From: Mustelus asterias
Taxonomy: Eukaryota
DNA: 64,000 nt
Reading direction: 5' to 3'
NCBI RefSeq assembly: GCF_964213995.1
Contig: NC_135817.1
Span: 53,382,001 to 53,446,000, forward strand
Shown one piece after another: positions 24,620 to 37,715 of this stretch (position 1 is the first letter of the stretch; each line of letters starts with the position of its first letter). Position numbers and translations under genes: made by a program. The notes under the pieces are model-generated. The model was given only the letters and a program-made list of their open reading frames with translations, did no database searches and was not told the DNA's origin.

Positions 24620-25900
24620 CACATGTGACATTGGATGCTAACCTTTCCAATACTGATCCCTTTGTGACCCTTAATGGTCCCAGGGTGAATGGTGAGCTTG
24701 CCTGAGGTGTCAACGATTGGAAAGGACTTCCTGATCAACCTTCATGTCTCTAAAGGATGGGAGAAATGCACACTTATTACCTACTTCTCCTAGAACCTAG
24801 TGGCAATTAGCTTGTCACAGGCACATCTTCTGCCTCTTGCCATGGAGGTTGGCATCCTCATGTGGAATGTCTCTATCCTGATCCTCTTCAAGTTTCAACC
24901 CTTCCAAATGCTCCTTGTCCAAATTAATTTCTGTCTCCTCCATGTCTCCATCTTGTACATGATCTCCCCTTTGAAGTGCCAGGTTATGCAATGCCGAGAG
25001 CATCATGATGATGCAGGACACTCTCTGTGGGAAGTGCCAGGAGAAAGGTTCAAACATCAGAAGTGTATCTTCAAGATGTGAATATTTTGCTCTATGATGG
25101 ACCTTGTCACAGTACGCACTGTGTTGTATCTCGCCCCTGAGGCACTTTGAGGATGACACATGGGTGTCATAAATCAGGTCTTCATAGAATCATTGAATCC
25201 CAACAGTGCAGAAGCGGCCATTGACCCATCGAGCCTGCTCCGACAACAATCCCTCCAGGCCCTATCCCTGTAACCCCACATACTTATTCTGCTAATCTCC
25301 CTGACACTAAGGGGCAATTTATCATGGCCAATCAACTTAATCTGCACATCTTTAGAGTGTGGGAGGAAACTGGAGCACCCAGAGGAACTCCTTGCAGACA
25401 CGGGGAGAAAGTGCAAACTCCACACAGACAGTCACCAGAGGCTCGAAGTGAACCCAGCTCTCTGGAGCTGTGAGGCAGCAGTGCTAACCACTGGACCATC
25501 GTCACCCAGCAGCCAACACTGTAAGCGGCTTGGGCCTTCAAGGATCTGTGGCACCTGGGGGTAACTCAGCATGTAGGAGCTGTGAGAACTCCCAGGGAAC
25601 TTGGCACAAACATAGGTGATCTTCTGATGATTGCACACCAGCTGCAGGGAGTGGAACCGTTTCATATTGATGAAGATCAGTGGCTGCTGCCACAATGTGG
25701 CAGATGTGAGCCACCACATCCTTGACAGATGAAGGGATCTGCAACACTTTCACTTTCTTTTCTCCAAATATGAGAGATGTCTTCAGTATACCCAGGGCCG
25801 CGCCAGTCACTTCCGAGTGTTGCATCTGACCTCCAGGTTGCTGCGTCTTCCTGGATGTCCCTGGAACATGCACCTCAGGCCATGGCTCTTCTCTGAGCCC
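24620..25900 (-). mobile_element. PIF/Harbinger (HARBI1-like) transposase remnant, interrupted by a SINE
   Basis: FINMKRFHSLQLVCNH...VCAKFPGSSHSSYML (cf. NRKGFHS...FPGSxHD) and VSCII..ALHNLAL. Confidence 0.7.
25183..25500 (-). mobile_element. HE1-like V-SINE, CR1-type tail
   Basis: Family consensus motifs. Confidence 0.88.
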
Positions 25901-26167
25901 TGCCAGATGGCTACAGACACTTCATCTCCTCCTTATCATGAATACAGCCAACTAGAAAGCAGCATTACCTGTAGCCTCCATTCTGCACTCCTCATTCTTC
26001 CTGCGGACAGGTGGATCAAACATATGAATGCTGCTTACCCTGCAATGATCAACCTCACACTCCAAGGTAGAAATCCACTGTGATGTCCTTGGGCTGCACT
26101 AATTAAATACTATCCTTGCAACTGTGATCCTACCTCAAGGATCCTGGGTGCCTAATAATCCTACAGC

Positions 26168-26481
26168 GGCAGGGTGGCTCACTGGATACCACTGCTGCCC
26201 CATAGTGCCAGGGACCCAGGTTCAATTCTGGCCTCAGGTCACTGTGTATGTGGAGTTTGCACCTTCTCCCCGTGTCTGCGTGGGTTTCCTCCGGGTGCTC
26301 CGGTTTCCTCCCACAGTCCAAAAGATGTGCGGGTTAGGTTGATTGGCCATGCTAAATTGACTCCAATGTCAGGGGGATTAGCAGGGTAAATGTGTGAGGT
26401 TACGGGGATAGGGCCAGGGTGGGATTGTGGTCTGTACAGATTCGATGGGCTGAATGGCCTCCTTCTGTAGGGACTCTATGA
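26168..26481 (+). mobile_element. HE1-like V-SINE, CR1-type tail
   Basis: Family consensus motifs. Confidence 0.88.
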
Positions 26482-27741
26482 ATAAATCCTCCAGCTACCT
26501 GACAGCACAATCGCAAATAGGATTGCAAAAGTTGAGCACAGCCATATGATTTCAGCCTTATTCACGGCACTGTCAGGCAACCTTATTTGGATATGAATAT
26601 ATCCCTGCTGTGGATGTATTGAATGTTTGGAAGCCTTGTGCTCCATAAGACATTTTGATTCCACAATGCGAGGTGTAGTCTGTCATGGTGCCATCCTGCA
26701 TATGGTATATATCCTGCCAATATTCCTTTAATGGTGAAATCCCTCCTTCCTTCTCGTATTGACGTGATGGCAAAAAACTCTCCACTACATGTCAGGGTTC
26801 CCAATGCATTCATTTTCCTATTAAGTTTCCATGACCTTTTTCAGCTGAGCCTTCATCTCAATGTTCTCATCTGAGAATAATGTGGCTTCACCTAGAATTA
26901 GTCCATAAGCCCGACTGTCGACTTCTCCCACATGGCCTCTGATCCCACCCCTGGAATATTTCTGAAGAGTCTACTGAGCCAGCCACCCCATGATCCTTGT
27001 ATGTGAGGCACTGACCATGCCCTGCACACCATTCTGTGCATTACCTTCACTGCACAGACAGGCCTTCTGTATCCCTGGACGGGGTCACAATGTGCATGCT
27101 ATTCATTTTTCTGTAGCATGTCCCACATAGCCCCATAACTGCCTTATCTCTCCATATCGTCTCAGTCTCAGGATTAAATGACTGACTGATACTTATTCCC
27201 CCGGTTCCTTCAACCCTCTCCTTTAGAAATGATCCTATGTTCCTGCTCTTTTTCTTATACAGTATTAAACCATACCCACCACTCCTCATGTCCAGCCTTC
27301 TACGTCGGGCTCCAGTTCCAATCATTCCTCTGCATGACACCCCCGCCCCGCCCCCCCCCTCCCCCTCACCTCCCTTGGACCCATTATCCTCACCCACCCA
27401 TAGTCATTCCTCTGCCAGCCATCCCTTCACTCCCTCCCTTCATCATATGAAACCCATAGCCTGCACCCCTCATAGCATGACTCTGCCTATTCGGCCACCT
27501 CCGTCCTGCCCCAGTATGATCTTACATGGTAGAATGCAATCTTGCCTGCACCAAACACCAGCCTCTGCCGGCTAAGTGAATTGCTGCCAGGCCACTTTGC
27601 CCGAACCTTGTGTGAGAAAGTAGCTTTGGCAGTGCTCTGGAGTTAGAGCAGCAGTGAAAGATGGTAGCAGCGCAGTGAAAGGTAGGTGCATGCTATGTCA
27701 ACAAACCTCAAAATCACAAGTGAACTCAAGGTGGCCAGGTG

Positions 27742-28010
27742 CATGCCACGATGGTTAGCACTGCTGCTTAACAGCACTAAGGACCCGCGCTCAATCTAGC
27801 CTCAGGTGACTGACTGTTCTTCGCATGTCTGCATGGGTTTCCTCTGCGTGCTCCGGTTTCTTCCCACAGTCCAAAGATGTGAGGGTTAGGCCATGCTAAA
27901 TTGCCTCTTAGCATTGTAAATATGTGGTGTTACAGGGATAGGACCTGGATGGGATTGTTGTCGGTGCAAGCTCAATGGGCCGAATGGCCTCCTTCTGCAC
28001 TATTCTATGA
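27742..28010 (+). mobile_element. Degraded HE1-like V-SINE
   Basis: tggttagcactgctgc...ccacagtccaaagatgtg...gggccgaatggcctccttctgcac. Confidence 0.8.
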
Positions 28011-28022
28011 AGTAGAATCATA

Positions 28023-28325
28023 GGGGCGATTCTCTCAAAAAAGCTCTAAGTGCTGAATTTGCAGAAAAACTGGTGTAAACCACGATTATTTTTTCAGTGG
28101 GAGTTCAGACTCGAATCTCCCACACTCTGCAATGCAGAGGTCACAATCATGAATATGATTAAAAGCTCGGGCGGGCGGGGCCTATTCACACCAGAGTTTG
28201 ACAGTTCCTGAGCTCTGCGCATGCGCAGTGGCCCTGAACTGTCAGCCTGCACTTTGCTTGCCAGATCGATTGCTGGCCAGTCCAGGACCCCACGAGCATT
28301 CCCGGGCCAGCCCCGATCTCCAACC
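28023..28325. mobile_element. Truncated copy of the 172-1213 MITE family
   Basis: Intact terminus ggggcgattctc and colinear similarity to 190-480. Confidence 0.7.
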
Positions 28326-29849
28326 ACCTGAAGTTATGGTGGTCATGAAAATGTTATTCCATAGTCTTGTTCCTCATTTTAATGGAATGTTTTTTGATCA
28401 ATGAAGAACAAGTTTAATTTTGAAATCAATCATTTTTTTTTGAGGGAAATAAAGAAGAAAGTGCACAAGGGGAAGGAGAGGAGAGGAACTGGTTAACTGT
28501 GATCAAACATCTGACTTCACAGCATTGTGATGGAAGCCAATGTCTTAGAGCTTGTAGTTTTGAGACAAACCTTAATTGAAAAGGGAAACTGATAAAGGAG
28601 ATGGAACCTGGTCTTCTAAAACAACAACTGAGATTAGAAATCTAAACTCCAGGCTTCTGGGGAAATTGAAACTGGGTAAAATGACACAGAGTTATCTGAG
28701 TTCAGGTGAAAATTCCAGTGGTGCAGTATGGGCAGATTATGGAAGAGGGAGGCTGGATCCAGGAGTAGGGAATAGGCACATACACACTTTCTGCAGCTGT
28801 TTCTGTCATTTGCAGATAACACTCATGGACCCACACTATCAGAACCATCGTGAGTAGAGTTGAGGAGCTTTTGCAGGTGTGTGCCATCTTCATATAGACT
28901 GTGCCCTTGGGAATTGGGTTGGTTTGGTGTTGCTGTCAGCTAAGGATCAGGCTAAATGTGCAAAGCAAAAGGCAGCTGGAAAGCACATAAGATTAAAGTT
29001 ATACAGGTAAAACAGTCTTATTGAACAACCGTCTGTCCCCCCACCCACCCCTCCCCCATCAAAAAAAAACATTTGGTCAAAACACGCAAGTAAACTACTT
29101 TCTTGGCAACAACTCCCTTATAGATTTTTAACTATAAATATCACTCAAAGTAATTAACAGCTGTTACTTTAATAAAGGTGTATCACACAACTCCTCAAAC
29201 ATTTCCACTCTGATGTGGAAATCCAACAGAAAGTTTCAGAAACAGGCTGATCTCTGAAAACAAAGTCTTCTCTGGTTTGACTGGATGGCTGATTCAAATT
29301 CACAACTTTCGCACCTTCTCCCAGCACAGATCTGGTCTCAGCACATTTCCTCCCACACAGCCATTCAATTCAACTAAACACATTCCCTTAAATATCCTTT
29401 ATTTCCCCTCCCATCTCAGATTCCATTGTCTTCATATACCTCTTTGAACTCAACCTTTCCAAATATAAGAAGTTTTCATATTTTCCCATTGCCTCCACTT
29501 TTGGGTCAATAAAATGTAATAACCTTCCCCCATTTATTTATGAAAAGTTTGTGAGTTGTAAAAATTCCTCGTCACCTCGGAACTTCTTTTGAAATTCAAC
29601 AGTAGAAAAGTCAAGTCCCTACTTATCTCATAATGCAAATTTTAAAACTAACAGATTTACGTGTAAATCCAACCTCTCCATAATGTATCATTACAAGTTC
29701 ATGCACCAAACTCCTTCATCTCTTGGTTCTCACAGACAAGCTATTAACCTACCCCCCAGTTTAATTAATCATGGGCACACAACCTTCTTTACAGAATACC
29801 ATCATAGTCCCAAACATATTTTTAAAAAAACAAAGATGTGCGGGGCTTT

Positions 29850-32345
29850 TTAAAAATTATTCATTTTGGGACATGCGCACCGCTGGCTGGCCAGCATTTA
29901 TTGCCCATACCTAGTTGCCCTTGGGAAAGTTGTGGTGAGCTGCTTTCTTGAATCGCTGCAGTCCATGTTCTTTGGGTTGACCCACAATGCTATTAGGGAG
30001 GGAATTCCAGGATTTTGACCCAGCGACTGTGAAGGAACGGCTATAAATTTCCACGTCAGGATGATGAGTGACTTGGAGGGGAACTTGTAGGTGGTGGTGT
30101 TCCCATTTATCTGCTGCCCCTGTTCTTCTAGATGGAAGTGGTCGTGGGTTTGGAATGTGCTGTCTAAGGATCTTTGGTGAATTGCTGCAGTGCACCTTGT
30201 AGTTAGTACACACTGCTGCTCCTGAGCATTGGTGATGGAGGGATTGAATGTTTGTAGATGTGGTACTAATCAAATGAGCTGTTTTTCCCTGGGTGGTGCC
30301 AAGCTTCTTGAGTGTTGTTGGAGCTGCACCCATCCAGGCAAGTGGGGAGTATTCCATCACACTCCTGACTTGTGCCTTGTAGATGGTGGTTAGGCTCTGG
30401 GGAGTCAGGAGGTGAGTTACTCGCCGCAGTATTCCTAGCCTCTGACCTGCTCTTGTAGCCACTGTGTTTCTGTGGTGAGCCCAGTTGAGTTTCTGGTCAA
30501 TGGTAACCCCAAGGATGTTGACAGTGGGGGATTCAGTGATGGTTACACCATTGAATGTCAAGGGGCGGTTGTTAGGGTGTCTCTTATTGGTGATGGACAT
30601 TGCCTGGCATTTGTGTAGTGTGAATGTTACTTGGCACTTTTCAGCCCAAGCCTGGATATTGTCCAGATCTTGTTGCATTTGAACATGGACTGCTTCAGTA
30701 TCTGAGGAGTCATGAATGGTGCTGAACATTGTGCAAACGTTGGTGAACATCCCCACTTCTGACCTTATGACAGGGGGAAGGTCATTGATGAAGCAGCTAA
30801 AGATTGTTGGGCCCAGGGCACTATCCTGAGGGACTCCTGCAGAGATGTCCTGGAGCTGAGATGACTGACCCTCCACAACCACAACCATCTTCCTATGTAC
30901 CAACTATGACTCCAACCAGGGAGAGTTTGCCCCCTGATACCCATTGATTCCAGTTTTGCTAGGGCTCCTCGATGCCACACTCAGTCGAATGTGGCCTCGA
31001 TGTCAAGGGCTGTCACTCTCACCTCACCTCTGGAATTCAGCTCTTTTGTCCATGTTTGAACCAAGGCTGTAATGAGGTCAGGAGCTGGGTGACTCTGGCA
31101 AAACCCAAACTTGGCGTCACTGAGCAGGTTATTGCTGAGCAGGTGCTGCTTGATAGCACTGTTGATGACCCCTTCCATCACTTTACTGATGATCGAGAGT
31201 AGACTGATTGGGCAGTAATTGGTCGGGTTGGATTTGTCCTGCTTTTTGTGTACAGGACATACCTGGGTAACTTTCCACATTGTTGGGTAAATGCCTGTCT
31301 TGTAACTTTACTGGAAGAGCTTGGCTAGGGGAGTGGCAAGTTCTGGAGCACAAGTCTTCAGTATTATTGCCGGAATGTTATCAGGGCCCATTGCCTTTGC
31401 AGTATTCAGTGCCTCCAACCGTTTTTTGTTATCACGTGGAGTGAATCGAATTGGCTGGAGACTGGCACCTGAGTTGCTGGGGACCACTGGAGGAGGCCGA
31501 AATGGATCATCCACTCGGCACTTCTGGCTGAAGATTGCTGCGAATACTTCAGCCTTATCTTTTGCACTGATGTGCTGGGCTCCTCCATCATTGGGGATGG
31601 GGATATTTGTGGAGCCTCTTCCTCCAATGAGTTGTTTAATTGTCCACCACCATTCTCGACTGGATGTGGCAGGACTGCAGAGCTTAGATCTGATCCGTTG
31701 GTTGTAGGATCGCTTAGCTCTGTCTATCAGTTGCTGTTTTTAGTAGTCCTGTTTGGTAGCTTCACCAGGTTAATACCTCATTTTTAGGTATGCCTGGTGC
31801 TGCTCCTGGCATGCCCTCCTGCACTCTCCATTGAACCAGGGTTGATCCCCTGGCTTGATGGTAATGGTTGAATGGGGGATATGCCGGGCCATGAGATTGC
31901 AGATTGTGCTGGAGTACAATTCCGCTGCTGTTGATGGCCCACAGCACCTCATGGATGCCCAGTCTTGAGTTGCTAGATCGGTTCGAAGTCTGTCCATTTA
32001 GCATGGACTGGATAGCCACACAACATGATGGAGGTTACTCTCAATGTGAAAGTGGGACTTTGTCTCCACAAGGACTGTGCGGTGGTCATTCTTACCGATA
32101 CTATCATGGACAGATGCATCTGCAGCAGGCAGATTGGTAAGGATGAGGTCAAGTATATTATTACTCTTGTTGGTTCCTTCACCACCTGCTGCAGACCCAG
32201 TCTAGCAGTTATTTCCTTTAGGACCTGACCAGCTCGATCAGTAGTGCTGCTGCCGAGCCACTCTTGGTGGTGGACATTGAAATCCCCCACCCCCATTTTG
32301 CTCCCTTGCCCTCAGTGCTTCCTCCAAGTGTTGTTCAACATGGAG
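29850..32345 (-). mobile_element. Non-LTR retrotransposon of the CR1 group (APE endonuclease plus RT), frameshifted; distinct from the HER1-like CR1s
   Basis: VGDFNVHHQEWL (APE), KAMGPDNIP, NYCPISLLSIISKVME, GVPQDSALGPTIFSCFINDL and IYKAQVRSVMEY; tail gcaataaatgctggccagccagc. Confidence 0.92.
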
Positions 32346-32976
32346 GAATACCGACTGAATACTGATTAGATTGATTGGCCATGCTGAATTGCCCCTTAGT
32401 GTCGGGGAACTAGCAGGGTAAATACGTGGGGTTTAATGGGAGAGGGACTGGGTGGGATTGCTGTCGGTGCAGACTGGATGGGCCGAATGGTGTCCTTCTG
32501 CACTGTAGGGATTCTGAGTCAATGATTCTATGAAAACGTCCATGATCATCACATGAATGAATCAAAAATGCCTTGGGAGGGCAACTGGGAGTGATACAAA
32601 TGGAATTTGCATGTACTGGCCTCGGGCTGGGTGAACATTGGTCTATAACAAATCACTCTGTTCAGATGATCTCATAAGTTAAATAAATTGTCTCAGTATT
32701 ATCCGAATCCCAGGCCAGTTCCATCAGCTGAAATTCATGTGGTTTACAGATTTATTTAGTTTGAATGTTGAATGCAAGTTGTTGATGTCAGGCTCGGGCG
32801 ATTGTACTACAATTCAAAATCAAATGATATAGATCATTGATACTATAAATTCAATGGTACCGGACCTTTTTGCACTAAGGGAGGAAATACAATGTTTATT
32901 GCGCAGAAGTAAAGAGACTGGCATGTACATTTTGTTAAACTTCCCATTCGGTCTGTAACCGGCAGTCAGTATGATG

Positions 32977-32983
32977 TGACGCA
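32977..32983 (+). promoter_or_regulatory. CRE/ATF-like site upstream of gene B
   Basis: TGACGCA about 85 bp before the ATG, in repeat-free DNA; Ets-like GAGGAA at 32881. Confidence 0.25.
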
Positions 32984-33065
32984 CCGGGCGCTACAACCAC
33001 AAGAATCTTCCAGTGAACTTTATTTTCTTCAGAATACCAACAGCTCTATAATACCGGTGAGAGGG

Positions 33066-33111
33066 ATGGGTGCAGTTAGAAAGATCCTCAAACTCTGCCT
33101 CTTTGTCTTAG
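33066..33111 (+). CDS. Gene B exon 1: signal peptide
   Basis: GGGATGG Kozak context; MGAVRKILKLCLFVL; donor G|gtaagg; 93-nt intron follows. Confidence 0.88.
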
Positions 33112-33204
33112 GTAAGGATTTACTTGGACTCCAGCTATCAGTAATCCCGGTTGTACTCAGATTATTTGGGTTTAATGTTCCTATGTTATAATTTTATGTT
33201 TCAG

Positions 33205-33540
33205 GACCTGTTGTCGGTCTGAACGTGACTCAGTTTCCTTCAGTTCTGTCCCTCCTGACAGGACAGACAGCTCGAATGAATTGCACCCTGATACCCGGAG
33301 AGGAGCGGGTCTATACGATGAAATATTATTGGTGTAGGGCAAGAGACAACCTGAACATCAGAAGCAACGGATCCAAGAATTGCCTCAAGAAAAACTCTCG
33401 CCTGTCCCCATCTGAGGGTTCACTTGTCATTCGGCAGGTAATTCTGGACGATTCCGACACTTACCACTGCGTGGTTCTTAGAAAGGACCCTCTGCCCTTG
33501 AAAAGCTTTGTAGGAGAAGGAACAAAACTGAACATTCAAG
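33205..33540 (+). CDS. Gene B exon 2: germline-joined VJ-type IgV domain
   Basis: Acceptor gtttcag| and donor G|gtaatt. GPVVGLNVTQFPSVLSLLTGQTARMNC...YYWC...SLVIRQVILDDSDTYHC...FVGEGTKLNIQ. Confidence 0.93.
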
Positions 33541-33706
33541 GTAATTAGAAAATAAGAACAGAAAATATTCAGCAGCTCTGACAGCCTCTGTGGAGACAGA
33601 CACTGAGTTAAAGTCAATGACGTTTGGTCAGAACTGGAAGAAGGTAGAGATTTAATCGTTTAAGTTTATTAGTAATGTCATCTTTCTGAAATAAAAGCAT
33701 AAGAGC

Positions 33707-33975
33707 AAATTACTGCGGATGCTGGAATCTGAAACCAAAATAGAAAATGCTGGAAAATCTCAGCAGGTCTGGCAGCATCTGTAAAGAGCGAAAAGAGCTG
33801 ACGTTTCGAGTCCAGCTGACCCTTTGTCAAAGCTTTGTATTTATTTTAATCAAAATAATTTATCAAAGCTTTGACAAAGGGTCATCTGGACATCTCCTTA
33901 CAGATGCTGCCAGACCTGCTGAGATTTTCCAGCATTTTCTCTTTTGGTTTCAGATTCCAGCACCCGCAGTAATTT
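33707..33975. repeat. Long inverted repeat of Penelope-like pLTRs in gene B intron 2 (further pLTR pieces at 33546-33650 and 33993-34220)
   Basis: aaattactgcggatgctggaatctgaaacc...gaccctttgtcaaagcttt mirrors aaagctttgacaaagggtc...ggtttcagattccagcacccgcagtaattt. Confidence 0.85.
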
Positions 33976-35123
33976 CTTTTTATATTGTTAATCGAAAATG
34001 CAGGAGAAACTCAGCAGGTCTGACAGTGGAGAGAGAATAGAGCCAAAGTTTTGAGTCTGGATGATCCTTCCTCACTCCGCATTTTCTGTTTTTGTTTTAT
34101 CTTTCTGCAAGTTAACTCAGTTTCTCTCTCCACAGATGCTGCCAGATCTGCTGATTTTTTTCCTACCTTTTCTGCTTTTATTTTAAATTCCCAGCATCGG
34201 CAGTACTTCCTTTTGATTTTGGGTCTGGACGGAGGAGATAGGAAGAAACTATCCCCATTGGAGGCAGTGTCCAGAATTCAAGGATTTAAAAATGAATGTC
34301 TAAAAAGAGGCCACAAAGGAATTTCTTTTTCTTTTACTCCCCATGTGATTAGGATCTGGAGTGCACTGCCAGAGAGCGCGGTGGAGAAAGATTCAATAGT
34401 GATTTTCCAAAGAGAATTGGACAATTTTTTGAAAAGAAACAGTTTTGGCTACTGTAAAAAGCTGAAGCGGGACTGGTTCAATTGTACTTTCAGACAGCCA
34501 GCATGGGCACAATGGGCCAAATGGCCTCCTCCTGAGCTGTGCTGTAACCATGCTGTGATTTTCTGATTAGATTAAGAGACACTGAAATAGCTCAATGTGT
34601 GGGAGAAGAAACAAATCTAACCTGAAATGCTGTACTGGGACCAGAGTGAACACACCCGCTTTTAGCTTTAATGTCACAATAACCATTAAACACCAGGGAC
34701 TTTCAGATCATCTTCAAAACTTAGTTTGAAGAAAAACGGCCAAAAGACAAAGTTGTGTTATACTGACACCACTCCTAACAGCGGAATATCATTTATTTAA
34801 CAAGCGGATTGCAAAGAGAGAAACTGGTCTTTGTGAAATAATTATTTTTTTTACATTTCAATAACAATGCGGCTCCAAAAAACACAAACTGAATTTGTGC
34901 CCGAATTGCATTTATTATAAGGTCACTGGATAATATTTATATTATTATTATGGATCTTATTTCATGCGCGTTGCATTTTCCTTCCCTGTTTTGTAATTAA
35001 TCAAACAGATTCTGCAGTTTTTATCAAACTTGTAGAAGTTTAAATCTTTCCTACAGTCGTTCTCTGTGTATTTGCAACAACGAAGATTGATAGAATCTGT
35101 TTTTTTTTATTTTGTTCATTTAG

Positions 35124-35423
35124 CCAAACCTGAAATCTCTCTCTCTGCGGATCCCCAGAAAGAAATTGTTGGACTTCCATCTCTGATTTGTTTGGCTGCG
35201 GGATTTTTTCCCTGTAATCTGAGCATTTCCTGGATTGTAGAGGGAGTTGTTTTCTATCAAACCGAACCGGGCTCGCTGACAGTAAACAGTGACAGCAGCT
35301 ACAACCTGAGCTCCCGGCTGCAGATTACAGACGCTCACTGGGACCAGGGAGCCGCCGTCATTTGTGAGGTTCAACACATCACACTCTCTGAGCCAGTGAG
35401 GATAAGTTTCAGTGACAGTAGGG
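35124..35423 (+). CDS. Gene B exon 3: C1-set Ig domain
   Basis: Acceptor ttgttcatttag| and donor G|gtaagt, phase 1-1. AKPEISL...LICLAAGFFPCNLSISW...NSDSSYNLSSRLQI...W..G..VICEVQHITL matches the C1 signature (CxxxGFxP, CxVxH). Confidence 0.93.
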
Positions 35424-36056
35424 GTAAGTGATTCACAGAGGGAATAAACCCCACAGCTCATCACTCCCGATTACAGTAAGTGCAGGTAGAAATTATAATT
35501 TTGTAAAAACCCCGTGTAAAAGCACAATGCAGTGTTTGGGATACAATTCCAGAAGATACAAGTGCAGGCTGGAGAAACTGCGGAGCAAAAAAAGTACTCC
35601 AAAATACATTAAATACACACGACGCCGAATGTGTGATTTACTGTAACTATTACAAATTATGGCGGGGAATTGAAATCAGCAACATTAACCAGTTAGACTG
35701 GGAGCAGAGATTTTTTTTCATCTCAAATCTTCTCACTCCACAGATACTAGCTGACCCACTGTGTTTCCAACAAAGATCTTCCTGCGTGTTAATTCCACCG
35801 AGTAGACAGGTTCGCAATAACTCTGAACTTAAAAATACCAAATGGAATGCAAGTCATAGCAAGTTTTCTCTTATGTAAAAGCTGGTTTATAAAAGCGGAA
35901 TCGCTTTCTGGCAAAGACTCGGTAAAATATGATTAACAACAAAGGATCACTCGTTAAATATCATTTTGTGTAACTGACATTGTTGAAATAATTTAATTTA
36001 TCCCGGCTTCATGAATTGACAGAGGGAAAGTCGCCGACGCCAGAATAGGTATAAAA

Positions 36057-36346
36057 GTTTAAAGTTTAAGTTTATTTGTTATTGTCACAAGTAAACTTAC
36101 ATTAACACTGCAATGAAGTTGCTGCGAAAATCCCCATAGTCGCCACACTCCAGCACCTGAGGGAGAATTTAGCATGGCCAATGCACTTAACGAGCATGTC
36201 TTTGGGACTGTGGGAGGCAACCGGAGCACCCGGAGGAAACCCATGCAGACACGGGAGAACATGAAGACTCTGCACAGACAGTGATCCAAAGTGGGAATCA
36301 AACCAGTGTCCCTGGCATTGTGAGGCAGCAGTGCTAACCACTGTGT
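36057..36346 (-). mobile_element. V-SINE with alternative (Rex1-like) tail
   Basis: Same head and core as HE1, but the tail reads ggagtgtggcgactatgggg...cttcattgcagtgttaatg...acttgtgacaataacaaataaactt. Confidence 0.85.
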
Positions 36347-36629
36347 CAAAACAGACAAAACAACTTGATATCAGATCTTTTAAAAAGTACCTCGATCTGC
36401 ACCTTAAGTGCTATAAGTTACACGGCTATGGGTGAGGTGCAGGAAAGTGGGATTAGAAAGGGGACCTGGGTGTTCTCGGCATGGCATGGACAAGATGGAC
36501 CGAATGGCCTCCTTCTGTGCTGTAACCTTTCTATGGTTCTATATGGAGATTTCCATCATTTGGTTTATTCCTCAGAACCACTACACTCGTCGCTCAGAGA
36601 TACTGTGATTTCAATTAAGGTATTTGACA

Positions 36630-36996
36630 AGAATCATAGAATCATAAAATTCCGACAGTGCAGAAGGAGGCCAGTCAGCTCAATGATGCTGTACCAACTC
36701 TCTGACGAAGTCTTACCCAGGCTCTCTCCCCCGCCCTATCCCCATAACCCCACACATTTACCATGGCTAATCCATCTAACCTATATATCTTTGGACACCA
36801 AGGGACAATTTAGCATGGCCAATCCACCTAACCTACACATCTTTGGACTGTGGGAGGAAATAGGAGCATCTGGAGGAAACCCACACAGACACAGCGAGAA
36901 TGTACAAAGTCCACATGGACAGTCACCTGAGGCCAGAATCAAACCCGGGTCCCTGGTGCTGTGAGTCAGCAGTGCTAACCACTGTGCCATCATGCT
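36630..36996 (-). mobile_element. HE1-like V-SINE, CR1-type tail
   Basis: Family consensus motifs. Confidence 0.88.
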
Positions 36997-37563
36997 GTCT
37001 AAGGGAGAAGAATGTAGAAGGAAAGGGAGAATGGACGGGCACGTGAGAAAAAATTAGTAACAATTAACACAAGCACATAAGCAGAGGATCGAATGGTCCC
37101 CTCCTGTGCTATGAGTTATAATGATTCCCATTAACAACTACCATTTAATCCACTGCCAGACTTCTCATTGTAACAGCTGTGAATAAATTGGACACTTTTA
37201 CAGCGTGGCGCTGATATTCTGCCATATATCCTCCATCTTCAGATGGAGATTGAGGAGATTTGTTTTTGTCAGCTTTGTTGGTGGCATTCTCTTCCCGAGA
37301 AAGCAGCGGATACTGGGTCATTGAATTTATTCAAAGTTGAGTTGTATTTTTGATCGACAAAGGAGTTAAGTGTTATGTGGGGTGGGGTGGGGGTGGGGGG
37401 GGGGGGGGGGGGGTTGGTGAACAGGAAAGTGGAGTTGAGACCACAATCAGATCAGCCATGATTTTGTTTTGCAAAAGTGTACTTTATTCATAAAATATCT
37501 GAAAGAATATTACAAAACATTCAAAATGGCCATTGTAGAAAGTGCAATGCTATTCAAGTTTTC

Positions 37564-37715
37564 ACGGTAAGAAGTCTCACAACACCAGGTTAAAGTCCAA
37601 CAGGTTTATTTGGTAGCTTGTGCTTGTGCTACCAAATAAACCTGTTGGACTTTAACCTGGTGTTGTGAGACTTCTTATTGTGTTTACCCCAGTCCAACGC
37701 CGGCATCTCCACATC
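37564..37715. mobile_element. Penelope pLTR hairpin insertion with 12-bp TSD
   Basis: About 50-bp inverted arms around ttgtgcttgt; attcaagttttc at 37552-37563 and 37716-37727. Confidence 0.85.

Noticed and set aside
33046-33052. TATA box for gene B
   Set aside because: Only about 14 nt before the ATG, too close to place a start site upstream of it.
33440-33620. Gene B V exon as a rearranging TCR/Ig V segment
   Set aside because: No CACAGTG/nonamer RSS after the YHC; the J-like strand and splice donor are already in the exon; the tail carries inhibitory-type motifs and the TM has no charged residue.
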